In this document: positions 22,471-35,460 of the stretch, in pieces
How positions within the stretch are numbered: the first letter of the stretch is position 1
Layout: every line of letters begins with the position of its first letter
Assembly (NCBI GenBank): GCA_905178155.1
Contig: CAJINV010000004.1
Coordinates: 6,116,828 to 6,180,827, forward strand
DNA from: Amoebophrya sp. A120
Taxonomy: Eukaryota; Protista; Dinoflagellata
Length of the DNA: 64,000 bases
Reading direction: 5' to 3'
Made by a program: the position numbers and the translations under genes
The notes under the pieces: generated by a model
The model's database searches: none
Told to the model about the DNA's origin: nothing
The model's input: the letters and a program-made list of their open reading frames with translations, nothing else

Positions 22471-25400
22471 CTACTGCCTCGCCCGGAGCCTGGCTGCGTA
22501 GGGGTCCACCTTTTCGCTGAGTGCGAGACAGAGGGCGCGGTCCTCCTCCTTCAAAAAGGTTTCGTTGACCGAGGGACAGGAGCACAGGTAGCAGAAGGCC
22601 GCGTTCAGCTCTTGCGCCATCCGACGCTTCTTGCAGTAGCTGACCGGATCCGCGTTCAGGCCAAGGGAGGACATCATCAGTGGCTCCCGGCGGGGACGGC
22701 TCTGACGGTACAGTCCGATGACCAGCAGCCCCTTGTTAAACAACATCCATCGGGTGTCCAGGGGTAAATTTATCTCCGTACACTGAAGAGGCTCCTGCAT
22801 GACGCTTTGCAGTACAACGTATTCTCTTTAGCATGACAAGAAGAAGAAGTGATGTGTGTCCGCTCCTACATAAATTCTTGCTGTCATGTAGCTTTCATCA
22901 GTGTAACAAGGGAAATTTGTCTTGCATAGTCGAAGAGCTGGAACAACGAGCGGCCCACGAACTTCTGGGGAACCCGCAGGACGATCTGCTCGTGGTCGAC
23001 CAGTGCCTTCACCAGAGCCGGCAGCGATGGGTTGTAAAACGTACCAACCGCCAGAGACGTGAACACCCCCGCGGTAAAGCAGCCTCCGGAGGCGTATCTG
23101 ATAATGAAGTGTTCTTGTTGTAGTCGTGCTTTTTATTCTGATCACACGCAGTCCCAGTCGCACAGATTATCCAACTCCCCGGCTATGGGCAGCCAACCTC
23201 GATGCTGAGTTGGAACGAAAACAAAAAGAGCAAATGCAAAAACTGTAAATAAGTACCTCGGGAAGAACATTGCCTGCATGTCCCCGGTCCCGCTGGGCCC
23301 GTCGAAAAACGAGGACTGCAACCGTTTTTCCTCCGCCGCCTCCTCCGCGTTGGTCTCCTGCTTCCCCTCTATGCCGCCCTTGATCAGCAACGACAGGAAT
23401 TCGAACGTGCCGTACAGCATCTTCCAGAAATCTTTGGTCAGCGACCGCACCAAAAAGCCGGTGACCGCCTGCCGCGCCGCCGTGAACCGGGCCGTTTTGG
23501 CCCCGAGCGCGAGCGCGCCGGCGCTCGCCTCCTTCTGCTCCTTCGTGGCGAGTTCGAGTTCCTGGATGAAGGTCTCCTCCAGTTATCCTCTGCAAAAGTA
23601 TCGCACTCGTACTAATTGCGTTTATGCATTACAAATCTCCATCCCAAGGTAAAACAGCATGACAAATTCCATTTGTCATGCTGAGCTAATTTGTATTGCA
23701 ATTTATACTAGTACGATGCTTTTGCAATGCATACCAGTACCTCGTCGTCAATGAAGGGGAGGTACTGGTGCATCTCGTCCAGGGTTATATCAAATGCAAA
23801 TATGTCTGGGTCTGGAGGGTTGCAACTTGTAATGCTATTTTTGGAAACTAGAAAAGTCTGTAATTGCATGGCCAGCCATAGGAGTCCAGTTTGTGCTACG
23901 CGGGGAAGGCATTTGTCATGCGGAGTAGGCATCAGAAAGCCCCCTAAAAATCTGTGATGCTAGGCCATGCATTACAGGCACCATGGGCCATGCAAAATAT
24001 GCATGACAAGCCTGGTCATCCACCTAATCTTCCAGACGCAGACATATTTGCAGTGCATAGGTCAGTTCGGTTATCAACAGCGGGCCGTCGGGGACCACGC
24101 CGCAGGCGAAGCGATCCACGTCCTCGATCACGCCCTCCTCCTGCTCCTCCTTGTTGCCGCTCTCGTTTTTCAGCTGCTGCTCGATGAACCGCGTGCAGAA
24201 AATGGACTCGGCGTCGACCATTTGCTCGTCGATACTGTCGTCAATCCCGTCGTCCTCCGGCTGCGCTTCCTCGTCGTCCTCATCGGGTTCGACCCGCGCT
24301 TTGGCGGCCATCTGCCCCCTATCATGTGCAAAAGTATCGCGCTCGTGGTAATTGCAAATATGCATGGCAAATCTTCTTCCTAAGGTAAAACAGCATTACA
24401 AATTTTATTTCTCATGCTAAGGAAATTTGTGATGCAATTTGTACAAGTACGATGCTTTTGCATTGCATACCCCCGGCACTGGGCCACGTAGATCACGTTA
24501 GCTTCGCGGAAATTCGCCTGCTCCAAGTCGAAGAGAACGAGTGGGTTGCCTGGGAAAAAGTATGCGCTTTTATTTTCTGCATGTGGGTACAGTACTGTTG
24601 TTTATGTAGTAGTTGATCTAGCGCTTTCAATTATTTTCTAGAAAGATACCAAACAAGATCTTCCCTCCAGTAAGCAAGTGTGTACTTGTACATCAATACC
24701 TTTCATAAAAAAGACGTTGCGCATCATGGACACGTGCACCCAATCCGTCGGAATCGCCTCCGCCAAGACCATATCAACTGCAAATATGTCTCGGTCTGGA
24801 AGCTTGTGATGCTAGTGTGTGAATGGTGGGCGCACTTCGTTACGCTGCCACGCATGACAAGTTTCTGAGCTCCTATGTGTTTCGCTTCCCGCATGACAAA
24901 CTGCGTTTTTGCATGACAGGTAAGAGGCTGCCTTCCTGCTCATGCGTTACAGATTCAAGTCAAGAGTCATGTGCGACAAGCATGACAAACTTGCACTCTT
25001 CCAGACCCAGACTACATATTTGCAGTTGATAGACCAGAATGGGCACTTCTGACGCGAGTGTCACCGTGCTCCTATCCGCCTTCCTCCCGGTGTCCTCGTC
25101 GTAGAAATTTATCTCGCCGCAGGTGTGCACAAAGTGCTTCAAACCCATCGTGTTTGGGTACTTCAGACCCACGATGCACATCATGATGTGACCACCCTTG
25201 ACTAGGAGGGAGTGTGGCATCTGGAGTTATGATCATGTTGCGGGAATATGATTTTTTTTTTTGAAATGAATGCTTTCCAGTTGTTTCGAGAATCTCGGCT
25301 TCATGCAGTTACCCGTTTTCAAATAAAGTGCAGCAGTGCAATACAGCAGTCGACCTAACACCACGCCACCCCTTTCTCGCACTAAAGCGAAAATAGAGTT

Positions 25401-28400
25401 ATTCTGCACCACCGTTGTAGAACTAGAACCTACTTGAGTAATTTAAATAATACCTGTCTTGGATTTATCGCGTTTTCCTTTTGGTGCGACAGCTTCTGGA
25501 GGACTTCCAACGTCAAGCGGTTGTGACTGAGATCTGCGTTGGGGTCTACTTCCGCCTTGTAATCGAACCGCGCTTTCACAGACTTGTAGTACTTCTTCGG
25601 CTATGCACTGCAAAAGTATCGCACTGACTACATCTACAACACAACTCATTAGCAACAATTGCATTTAGACACTACTTTCTTCGCATGAAAGTCGACGCAA
25701 CTTCTACTGCAAATGCTGACTCAGCTTGAGCCTCAACATTTGCCATGCCTGCTTGCAAGAATGATCTTTACGACGAGTAACGCTAACGATACTTGTGCAA
25801 TGCATATAGGCGCCCCACTCGACTCCTCGGCGTCTGCCACCCCCAGAAGTAAGTCGTTCTGGCGCATCTGCACGATGGCGTCACGATCCGCGGCGATAAA
25901 GCAGCCGAAGGTCTGCAAGGTGCGGGAATTTGGCTTGATTTCGTACTCGGGGCCGGGATTGATGAGGACTTTCCTGGAAAACGAAGTGTTGCCGTCACTG
26001 GTTTCCCCGGGACCCACGTCCGCCTGTTGCTGCTGCTGCATTTGACCTGTATATGAATTAGTAGAGTCTCTCATGCATTGCAGATGCGTCTGACTCTGGA
26101 TTTGTGATGCGAGATTTGAAGGACAACAAGACATATGATGCTTGAATGCGAGTGGCAACTGTTCTTTGTCATGCTGGAGGCCAGTTTATCATGCGAACTC
26201 CGAATACGAATACCTGTCAACGGGTCCGGTTCGTTGTTCATTTGGTTCGCGTTGGTCCCGTCGAAGAACGTGATCTCGATCAGCCCGATGAGGTACACTG
26301 ACTGAAACGTGTTGTTGGTCCGGGTTAAAATGTCCAGCACCACCTGCCCGAAGCTGCACTTTTTCTGGGCGTACGCCTCGGATAAGGGCTCTTCGTACAG
26401 CTCCAACCCGAGCGACGTGTAGTACTCCCGTTGCCAGTCGTACATGTCTTCATCTAAATCGTCTTCATCGACCGCGCAGGTGGTCACGAGGTTAGAAATA
26501 ATCGTGAAAAAGGACGGCACCTGCGTCGATTTCCCGATCAGGCTGTACTTCACTTCGTCGATGGCAAGAACCGCTAGTTTCTCGCTGATCCGCCCCTCCT
26601 TTTTGTCGTCGGATTTTTCGCTGTCTTTGATCAACGTCCGCATCAGCGTCTCTTTCACGGAGAACGTTTTGTCCGATTTCCTCCCCAGTAAATACCGATA
26701 TTCCCCGTTGTACAGGAGTAGAATCGCCCTTACATCCGCGTGGTACTTGCGCAACGCTAGCGTCCTCACAATGTTCACCCGATCGTCCTCTTCCGGGTCA
26801 CCGCTGTTCATGTATCAAATGCAAATATGTACTGGGTCTGGAGGGCTCCGAACTTGTGATGCGTGTTTCGCATCCTACAAAGATCTGTGATGCAGAACGT
26901 GCAAAAGGTGCCCACTTCTGGCCATGCTGAGAGGGCACTCATGCAGAATACGCATCACCAAGGAGCTGCAGAACCTGTGATGCTAGGCCCTGCATTCCAG
27001 ACGTGGGGGAGCCGGAGCTTGAAAAAACTGCATGACAAATCTCGGAATCTCTCAGACCCACACACTTTTGCATTTGATATCATGTGGGGGAGAATGATGA
27101 ATGCCGACGCCGTGGTGCAGGCCACCCTTTTCCGGTCCCCCGCGTCTAAAATGTCCCCAACCAACAAGTGTATTCGACTCGCCAGCGCGAGGTTTTCGCC
27201 CCTTCTCAAGTAGTTCTGCACGGTCTCCAAAGCGTCATTCGGGGTGGAAAAGAGAATCACCAGCTCCAGATCCTCGGCGTCGTCGCTCCGGTCGGGGTGG
27301 AAAAGTTCTTGGATAACGGAAATCAGCGTGGCGCCGTCCGGGGACCCCATCACGACGATGTGGGGAGGTTTTTCCCGGGTGGGGTACGTACCCTTTCCGA
27401 CCTTCTTCTGTCTCGCCATCTTGACCAAGGAAAACATCACGACCAAAATCGACGCGATGCCCCCCATGATGCTGAAGATCGCGAAGATCCGGCCCAGGCC
27501 GGTGCTGGGGACCAAATCGCCGTACCCCACGGTGGTTATTGTGGTCAAAACGTAGTACAGACTGGTAAAGACCGTCCACGCGCGGGGGTTGTCCTTCTTC
27601 TGAAACCAGGTACCCACGTCCGGCTCCCCAACGTTCATCTATGAAATGCAAATATACCTGGGTGTGGAAGATTGCGAGATTTGCGATGCTAGTCTGGCAT
27701 GACTCTAAACTCTGTATTGCGTAGCCGCGAAGCGCTCCTCTTGTCTGTCATTCAAAAACGCAGTTTCTCATGCGCAGTGCGCAACTCAGAACCACGGAAA
27801 AACTTGTAATGCTTGCCAGCGCATGAGAGTGTGCTCACTGTGCCCTTTCTTGCATCACAAGTTTCCAGACCCAGACATATTTGCAATGCATATCTCCAAC
27901 ACCATGACCAAAGCCGCGGCGAAAAATAACTGCGAGCCGATGCGGATGGCGAGATTCAGCATTTGGTAGAACCCCAGCGCGTTGTCGACGAAACGGGTGT
28001 TTTGGAACCCGTCCCAAACGTGCTTGACCCGTAACGCGGCGAAGAAACTGAAGGAGAACCAACCGGTAGTCAGCGGGACGGCGGCGAGACTCCCGAGCAT
28101 CACGGTTTCGTACAGCATGATGCCCAAACTCGCGTTCAGCCCGGGACTGGTGCCAACCAACTGCTTCCGACTCCAATATTTCAACCCTTCAAACCAACAC
28201 CAAACTTCCAACCTGAGGTTTTTGGATAAAGAAGTCGTAGTTTACGATCAAGATCTTCGTGGTGAGTTTTGTGTAATTGACACGCTCAGCAATTTCAACA
28301 TCGACCTCCTTCTCCTTCTACGAACGTACATCGAGACAAAAAACCTGAGATCTTTGCAAAGAGCTGCATGCGAAAGTGAATCATCAACCACTCATCTTCA

Positions 28401-28715
28401 AAAAAAAAATAGCTACACGATCTCAACCATCCAGAAGATGGACAGGTAGGTTTTCTGGTAACTCCTGAGCGCGAAGACGGAGTACTGAAAAACGGAGATC
28501 ACCCACATTTTCGTCGGATACTCCCGACTACTCCAGCTCCGCATAAAGTGGGCGTCGATGGCGTTTCGGAGCATGAAGTAGTCGTTCTGCTTGGCCTGGA
28601 TGGAGAACAAAATCCCCCACAATGCCATCACCGCGGCGGGGCCAAAGCCGAGGATCGAGTGGGTGACCAACTGGGACCAGTCGAGGTCATCACAGCTCGA
28701 ACCGCAGGTCACCAT
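22471..28715 (-). CDS. BK/Slo-family (RCK-domain) potassium channel
   Basis: Pore TTITTVGYGDL and S6 GRIFAIFSIMGG; RCK1 PHIVVMG...QELFHPDR...LVGDILD; RCK2 elements GHIMMC, LITEL, FYNPSL and IGLYR. Eight introners. The start codon is uncertain. Confidence 0.9.
22755..22928. mobile_element. Degenerate introner family H (174 bp)
   Basis: Imperfect IR AAATTTATCTCCGTACACTGA / TCAGTGTAACAAGGGAAATTT; no GT-AG; removal plus 5 bp gives LFQLFD|WMLFNKG. Confidence 0.65.
23584..23733. mobile_element. Introner family B (150 bp)
   Basis: Family B TIRs; TSD CCAGT/CCAGT. Confidence 0.93.
23788..24059. mobile_element. Introner family A (272 bp)
   Basis: Family A TIRs; TSD GGTTA/GGTCA. Confidence 0.92.
24320..24469. 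mobile_element. Introner family B (150 bp)
   Basis: Family B TIRs; TSD CCCCC/CCCCC. Confidence 0.93.
24772..25031. mobile_element. Introner family A (260 bp)
   Basis: Family A TIRs; TSD GACCA/GACCA. Confidence 0.93.
25602..25806. mobile_element. Introner, family B-like (205 bp)
   Basis: TIR TATGCACTGCAAAAGTATCG / CGATACTTGTGCAATGCATA; TSD TCGGC/TAGGC. Confidence 0.88.
26813..27079. mobile_element. Introner family A (267 bp)
   Basis: Family A TIRs; TSD TCATG/TCATG. Confidence 0.92.
27640..27892. mobile_element. Introner family A (253 bp)
   Basis: Family A TIRs; diverged TSD TCATC/TCTCC; removal gives VLENVGEP. Confidence 0.88.
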
Positions 28716-30078
28716 GGCTGCAGTCGGTGTCTTACTTTGAAGATGTGACTTTCAAAGTTACTACCACGTAGTGGGAGTTGTTCTACTTCCTGGGACAAGA
28801 ACTAGTACTCCCGTAGGTAGAAGTAGCGAACTCGTGCGCCACGCAAGTAGAAGAAGCGGATCGAAGGTGCTGGAGATCCAAGAACTCTGCAGTACCAGCT
28901 CGTGGTGGTGGTGGACGACTCCACCTGAAGTTTATCTTTATTCCTGTTCACCACCCCCGCTTTGCTCGTGTCTTAACATCAGTCCGGTTGCAACATGGAG
29001 GAGACCAAAATAGGTAGCTCGCACGCCGCACGCCCCAATGCGGCCGTCTTCATTGTGGGGCCGTGGAACCACCGCCGGAGCGGCTCTTCTGGAAGATGGA
29101 GTGGTCGTGACAAGTCTCCCGAAGCAGGAGAAGAAACTGATCTGGTCCCTTTTTCCTCGATGAAATTGATAATTTGATAAGCAAAACAAAGAGCAAAATC
29201 AACGTGCGCAAAAGAACAGCAGAAACAAGAAATTGAAAAAAATTGCAAAACTAAGAGCAAAACCTACACCTCTGAAAAAACTACGATCCCGCTAAAACAA
29301 TGCTTTGATTTCAACTTCATCGTGGTTGGCTGCTCGCTCTACAGATGCGTCTTTGTCTTTAGCTTTACCGCTATCGCGGTCGCGCTCGAGTAATTTCGTC
29401 CATTAGTATTACCGCTTTACTCTCCACGAAAGCAACTTTTTTCACTCCCATAGCTTGTTCTGGTCTACTTTCTCATGTAGTGATAGATTTTGATGTAGAT
29501 CTTCGTTGCGTCACCCCTCCATGAGTTGTTCTTCTCTTTTAGCCTTTTTTGATGTATCTAACGCTCTCAGTTGTCGCTCGCCACGTTTACTTAGTGCTCC
29601 ACTCCAAGTCCGAAGGAGTTCTCGTCTGCCCAGGTTACTGCTCGTGCTCTGAGCAGCTGCTACACATTTGGAATTAACCGTCCTTCTTCATGTGAAGCCT
29701 GAAGAAAGTCGGTTTTTGTTTCTGTTCTTTCTTCTACTTCTTTTATTCGTCACACATCACCAAAAATCGCTTTCGCAGTTCGGCAGCTAGTTCGAAGGTC
29801 GTGTCGAATTCATCACGGTCCTTGTCTTTGTAATTGTAGGCTACACATTCATTTTATTTCGCAGAAAATAATATTCTCAATTTGCAAAACCTGGCCGAAT
29901 TCTTTTTTCACTTGAGTCTTCAATCGTTATCGTACACGACCTAGCATAGTAAAGTCAAGGTTTACTAAAGACATTTCGCAAACGCATACCTTGATGCTGT
30001 AAATTTCCTTTCGTTCTGATCTACAAGAGCTGCATCGTCGGTCGTCGATGCACCAAGTTCAGTACTCTACCGGTAGTA

Positions 30079-31960
30079 CTAGCCCAGATTCATAGTTTCA
30101 AGCGGAGGAGACGTCGGCGCTATTGTAGTAAAATTTTCCCCCTCCTCCTCCTGCGAGGACACAACATCAGCAACTCCTCTACTTCTTTTCGCCCGCACCA
30201 TTCGCCGGGGTTCGTGGATTTCACGCAGATACAGCACCGGCAGGTTTTCATCGTCAATGTTCTCGCTTTCCAGCAGGTCCAGCCCGGTTCGGCGGTACTC
30301 CTGCATGAGAATCCGCGGGGAGGTGCGCATATGCATTGCACAAGTATCGTACACGTATAAACGCAAGCCTTGCATTACAAATATTTTTCTTAAGGTAAAC
30401 CAGCATGACAAGTTTTATTTCTCATGCTGAGGAAATTTGTAATGCATTTATACGAGTACGATGCTTTTGCTGCATTGGATAGCGCAGCTGCTGAATCAGC
30501 AGGGTCCCGAGGTTTTTTTCGTCCGTTTCGTAGTAAAACGCGTTTGCTTGACCTACTTCTTTCCTCACATTCAACATCCGTCCTCCAAACGCGTTATTTG
30601 TCGGCTGCAGCTCCGTGGTCCCGTTTTTGTACTCAATTTGCGTCAGCGCCGGGAGGAACAACTTCCGAACATAAGTGCACGGTCGGTTCTTCGGCGTGTC
30701 CTGCTCCAGATGTTCCATCACGTCCGCAACGGTCGCGCCGCCGGGGAGCCGGATCGTGTAGTCGTGCCCGTCGTCAGGAGCGTCATTTCCGCTACTGCTT
30801 CTTCGCTCCGGCGCACAATGAGCATCTAGAAGTACTTCGGTCGCGTCGTGCTCAAAATCTTCTACGGCGAAAGAGTTCTGGACCTTGACAAGCAGGTCAA
30901 AACCGGTCGAGAGAGAAGATTTTCGAGACGGTGAACGCTGGTGAAATACATCGCCAGTTGCGGTGGTTGCACTCGAAGAGGACGAAGAGGACATCGAGGC
31001 TTTGGATGTAACGCGATCTTCTCCCTCGAGGCCAGGATCCCCCGTCGGAGTGGAAGCGCTCCTTCCAGCACCTTGTTCCTCCGCAGGGTACTGCAGCTCT
31101 CCTTGTTCCTTCATTTTCAACGCGGGCAACTGCTCCCTTGTCCACTTGTCGTACGCTTTGTCTAAATTCGCTTTCAGTTCTTCTTGCTGCGCGGCGGTGC
31201 CCGCGTACCACCGGTTTTTGTGTTTCGACAGCGCTTCTTGGAGAATCCTGTGGTACCGGTCCCGCTGGTCTCTGCTCAACATAATTTCCACGTCTGCTGC
31301 GGACGAAGTAGTGGTCGCTCGTCGCCGCGCACAGGATTGGCAGGTTCGTGCAGCGCCATCCAGGAGGCGACGCAAGAAGTGTGTCGGTTGCTGTGGATTC
31401 ATACTTCCGGGCAGGGAGTGCTCGTTAATATTACCAGCAGCAGCAGCAGTAGAAGTTGCACTGCTAGAAGCTGCACCGGCTTCTTGTTGCGATTTTTCCT
31501 CCTCCTGGCGAGAGTTATTCTGTGGCGAACAAAAGAGTCCCCGACAAGCCTCCTCCGCGTGAACCTCCGCCAACAGCCGCAGCGCGTTCTCACGCAGAAG
31601 TTCTCGTGCACGAGGAGAGGACACAACTTCCGGCGGGGTTACTTGGTCGCCGTTGAAGGTAGAGGACTGGTCTGACGCGGCGGTTGTCGCATCCTTGTCG
31701 TGGAGGTTGGTTCCTTGGCCACCTGCATAATTTTGATCGCGCCGGTCGGTCGGAATCAAGGCTGAGCTGCTGGTGTCCGCAGCAGCCTCTGTTTCAGTGC
31801 AGTCCTCTTCACCGCTGGCGGTCGAAACTGGAGCAGTAGCTGCAGCGCCAGTAGCACCCGATCTTCGTCCGAGAACTACAGAAAGGCCCCATGTTTCGTC
31901 GACGAGTCCAACACTCGAGACGAGGAAAACAAATACGGAGACGAATGTGGACATGATCAT
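30079..31960 (-). CDS. Hypothetical secreted protein (1 introner)
   Basis: 512-aa ORF with a hydrophobic N-terminus and S/T/A-rich linkers; continues in frame after the 30330 element (QLR|TSPRIL...NLG*). Confidence 0.75.
30330..30481. mobile_element. Introner family B (152 bp)
   Basis: Family B TIRs; TSD GCGCA/GCGCA. Confidence 0.93.
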
Positions 31961-32565
31961 GGAATAGAGTTGTACTTAGTTCTATGTGGGATATATTCTA
32001 CACGATCACGATCGGATAAGCAGAGCGAGAACCAACTCTAGCGTCGAAACGGCAAGAGAAAAGCAGTAACACTAACACAACCTATAACAACAGAAACGTC
32101 GAAGCCCTAGACCACCTGTATCGAGTGCGTTTGGTGTACGTGCTGCATTGACTGTGGTCCTTACACCAAAGCACGAGGACCAGCTTCACATACCACGAAC
32201 AGCAAGGGAATCCATCCATCTCTTCAGATACGTCGTGCTGGAGCGCAAGTTTGACTTCAGATACAGCTTGGCGGAAAAAATTTTCAGGCAACAAGCAGTC
32301 CTGTGCGGGGTCATGCGTACCAACCAAAAAGAAAAGAAAAAAACGCTACTAGTACGTACATGAGTGGTGCAAATCACCTCCTTTTTGCTTTTGCAGCTAG
32401 AGCATGTTGGAGCTGCGGTAAAAAACGTTCAGCACTCGCAGTCCATTTTCACCCTTCGCTGGCCGTTTGGCTCAGGCTCGTCTTTCTCCCGAGTGCTTCT
32501 CGATACAACAAGCCTTTGAAGGTCCCGAGAGAGGATGATCTATCGGTTTCAGCCCGCGCCCCCTT

Positions 32566-33432
32566 CTACAAGCTCGTCGTGGTCGAGGAAGCCGCGGCGG
32601 AGGCGGCCTTCTGGATTTGCGTGCGCATTTGCTCGATCGCGGTTTTCAAAAACTGGTCGGCCTGTTTCTCGATGCCCTGTTTCAAGGCGGCCTCGAAGCC
32701 CGTCAGCCGCTGCTCCACGAGGTTCATGCTCTGCGTCAGTTTTCCGGTGGGCACGGTTTCGTTCACCGCCTTTTCCAAGTCCGCCACCCGTCTTCCAGTG
32801 TCGAGACTGGAGCCAGAGAGTTGCAACACGTCCTCCGCCAATTTCGACAGTAACGTTTCTTCCTGACTCAGCTTCCCGGTGTTGTTTACCAATTTCTGCT
32901 CGGCCAGCTGCGCCGCGCTCTGCAGCTGCAGAATTTGCCCGCTGGAATTGCTGGCGCTGGTCGCGATCTGGCGGAGCTGCTGCTGCAAGTTGCCCAGCTC
33001 CAGCAACCCGGATGTCGTGCTGTTCTCCACCGCGGTCAGATTCTGCGCGATGCCGTCCATCTGCAAGTTGAACCCCGCCATCTTCTTCTCCAACACGTCC
33101 AAAGAAGCGGAAATCACAGTTAGTGAAGGCACGTCGGAAACCGTGGAGTTGGTTGCAGTTGCACCACCACTCGTGGCATTTTTCATCAGCAACACAGCCG
33201 TACTTCTAGTATCGCTGGCAGAGGCCGCGTGGCGGTTCGCTTTATAATTCGCCGTCGTTTTGGTGCGCTGGCGGTTTGTTTCGTCCACGTGTTGCAGTCG
33301 TCCTTCATGTTGAAGGAGGTAGCCGCGCGAGAGAAACCTAGCCTCAACGAGGCTCACGAAATGCTGACATAACCCGGCCAAAAGGAGGACGATTGAAGCT
33401 CCATACCGCGAGGACAGGATGAGCAGCTGCAT
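32566..33432 (-). CDS. Hypothetical secreted coiled-coil protein (288 aa)
   Basis: Signal-peptide-like N-terminus; heptad-patterned L/Q/E-rich C-terminal two thirds; GC3-rich codons. Confidence 0.75.
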   Translation of the reverse strand: MQLLILSSRYGASIVLLLAGLCQHFVSLVEARFLSRGYLLQHEGRLQHVDETNRQRTKTTANYKANRHAASASDTRSTAVLLMKNATSGGATATNSTVSDVPSLTVISASLDVLEKKMAGFNLQMDGIAQNLTAVENSTTSGLLELGNLQQQLRQIATSASNSSGQILQLQSAAQLAEQKLVNNTGKLSQEETLLSKLAEDVLQLSGSSLDTGRRVADLEKAVNETVPTGKLTQSMNLVEQRLTGFEAALKQGIEKQADQFLKTAIEQMRTQIQKAASAAASSTTTSL

Positions 33433-34079
33433 CTTGACCGGTTAACGACGCTATTTACTCCCAAAGCACTTGTCTACTAGCACACAGCTGCTAGCTTGTT
33501 GTGCTGGTGGTGCTTTCGAATGCAATGCTGCGCGTGTGCTGCGGAGGCTGTGACCAACCACTCATCACGCGCGACTACGTTCAAAAGGACACCGGGCGAC
33601 GGGCGGGGGAGACATACTTTGGCATGCGTCCACTGCAGCTACGTAGTCGTGGTGTTCCAACACGAACGGGAACGGGGCTCCAACTTTTGCGACGGTTCTC
33701 TCTGTTTCACATCATTCTTGAGCGAATCTAGGGAACGGCGGGCAGACCGGCCCGACAACAAGGAAGGCTCTCTCGAAGCCGGTTGACCCCTAGCAGCTCC
33801 TGATGGCATCACGTTGCCAAATCGACGAGCCAATACTTTCTCGCTCTACTTCGTATTCATTTTCTGGCTAAAGAGCGACGCGAATGAGTTTGTTTGAGTT
33901 CCGCGCCATCCGCTCTGCTGTCTCTGTCTCTCATACTGCCGGTGGGCTTGAGATGATCAAGGTAGCGAATTTCAATATGTTTTGTGCAATAAACTGCTCA
34001 CCACGCTAGATACTTCATCTCCACTTTGCAAAAGAAACCACAAGACAGAAGGTCACAACGCGACGGCGCTTCAAAGCAC

Positions 34080-35460
34080 GAAACACAAAGTGGGCAAAAC
34101 CTTCGAGCCCCAGCACCATAGCGCTGCTGACGAGCCCGCGCGCGGCTCTTTCAGGCACACACAGTCGCAAGGGTAAAGGCGCAATCAATCCTTGTTTGAT
34201 AGGGAGACAACGGCAGCTGTGGCCCAACAATCTTTGCCGCCGCGCCGAGCGCGTGCCAACCATACTTACACGGGCGACCCACCGAGGCGGGCGCGCGGGC
34301 GATTGGGCCAATGACCGCGCGCGCCAGCAAGTGCGAGGGCTTTGAAGCCCCGGCCGCCGCAGGCTGGTGTTCCCGGCCGGCCGGTGGCCACAGACATTGG
34401 GGGCGGGGGGCGTGCGGGGTGCCAGCAGATGGACCGACGCGCCATCCTGCCGGCCGCATCGGCGCGCTGTGCCCCCGCGCCCCGGCTCTTCCCCCCGGCC
34501 GGCCCCCTGCCCGGGCGAACTGATTAAGAAGTTCAAAAATAATCGGCAGGGCGGGCCGGCCCCCAAACGAAAAGGAAGCCCGCGCCCGGGCTTCTCGGGA
34601 AACGACAAAGAAGGGGGCCGCGCTTGCTTGGAGTGGCTCGCCGGCAAGGTCGGAAGCCGGCCTGCGATAAGTCCTCCGCTTTCCACAGCCGGCACCGTCC
34701 CGGAGTGCGCCTGCTCGTCCATCTTTGTCGCGCCCGGACCTTCCCGCGGCCAAGCCGATGGGACCGCGCTCAATGCCCGGCGGGGCGCTCGCAGAGGCGC
34801 AGCGTGCGCGGCAACAGAGCAAGGCGCTCCCGGGTCGATTACGTCCATGGCGAGGCTGGTGAGGCTAGCAGTCGCGCCAGATGGTAGCACCGTCAACACG
34901 GCACCCGCTGCGGAGTGCCCGGAGTACGAGCGCAATCGTTTGCGCGAGGCCCGAAAGATGCACTTCATCGACGGCCAAGGGGTCCGCTTGTAGCGAGTCC
35001 GCGTCTTCGATGTCCTGCGCGCGCGTGTGCGTAGGAATGGAATGGGGCCGCGGGCCGCCAGACCGAGTCAAACGCGCCTGCAGTGTTCGCCCGGATGACA
35101 GACGCAGACGCGCCTCCTTGCCCTGCCTGGCGAGGCTTTCCAGGTGTCCGGCAAGCTCGAGCAGGAGGGTTTCTGTGGGCTTACTTTCCTCCCAAGTAGG
35201 CGCGCTGTGTGCGGTCTTCCGCGGGCGGCAGGCGGTGGAGGGCTACGCTCTCCATCAACTTGGCCACCGTGTTAATCGGCGGCGGGCCGCGCAGCGCCAC
35301 AATGCTTCCGGCGCGGGCCGTTTTTTTCCCTGGCGGAAGCCGGCCGGAGACCCAAGCAGAGGCCCTGGCGGCGGGCCACCGAAGCCGCGAACCGCGACGA
35401 AGCCGGGGGCGCGTCTGCGGCTGGAATGCGGTACAAAAAACGAGAAACATGCACACCAGT
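34080..35460. other. GC-rich intergenic island, probable decayed transposable element
   Basis: Composition shift; broken ORFs; boundaries approximate. Confidence 0.4.

Noticed and set aside
15219-22471. Possible channel-rhodopsin or rhodopsin-rhodopsin fusion (bestrhodopsin-like)
   Set aside because: Each model has its own start and stop codon, separated by about 1 kb and 2.8 kb of non-coding or TE-like DNA; no in-frame link was found.
32458-32477. GCTGGCCGTTTGGCTCAGG, weakly like a dinoflagellate spliced-leader relic
   Set aside because: Several mismatches, wrong strand relative to the genes, and not upstream of a gene.
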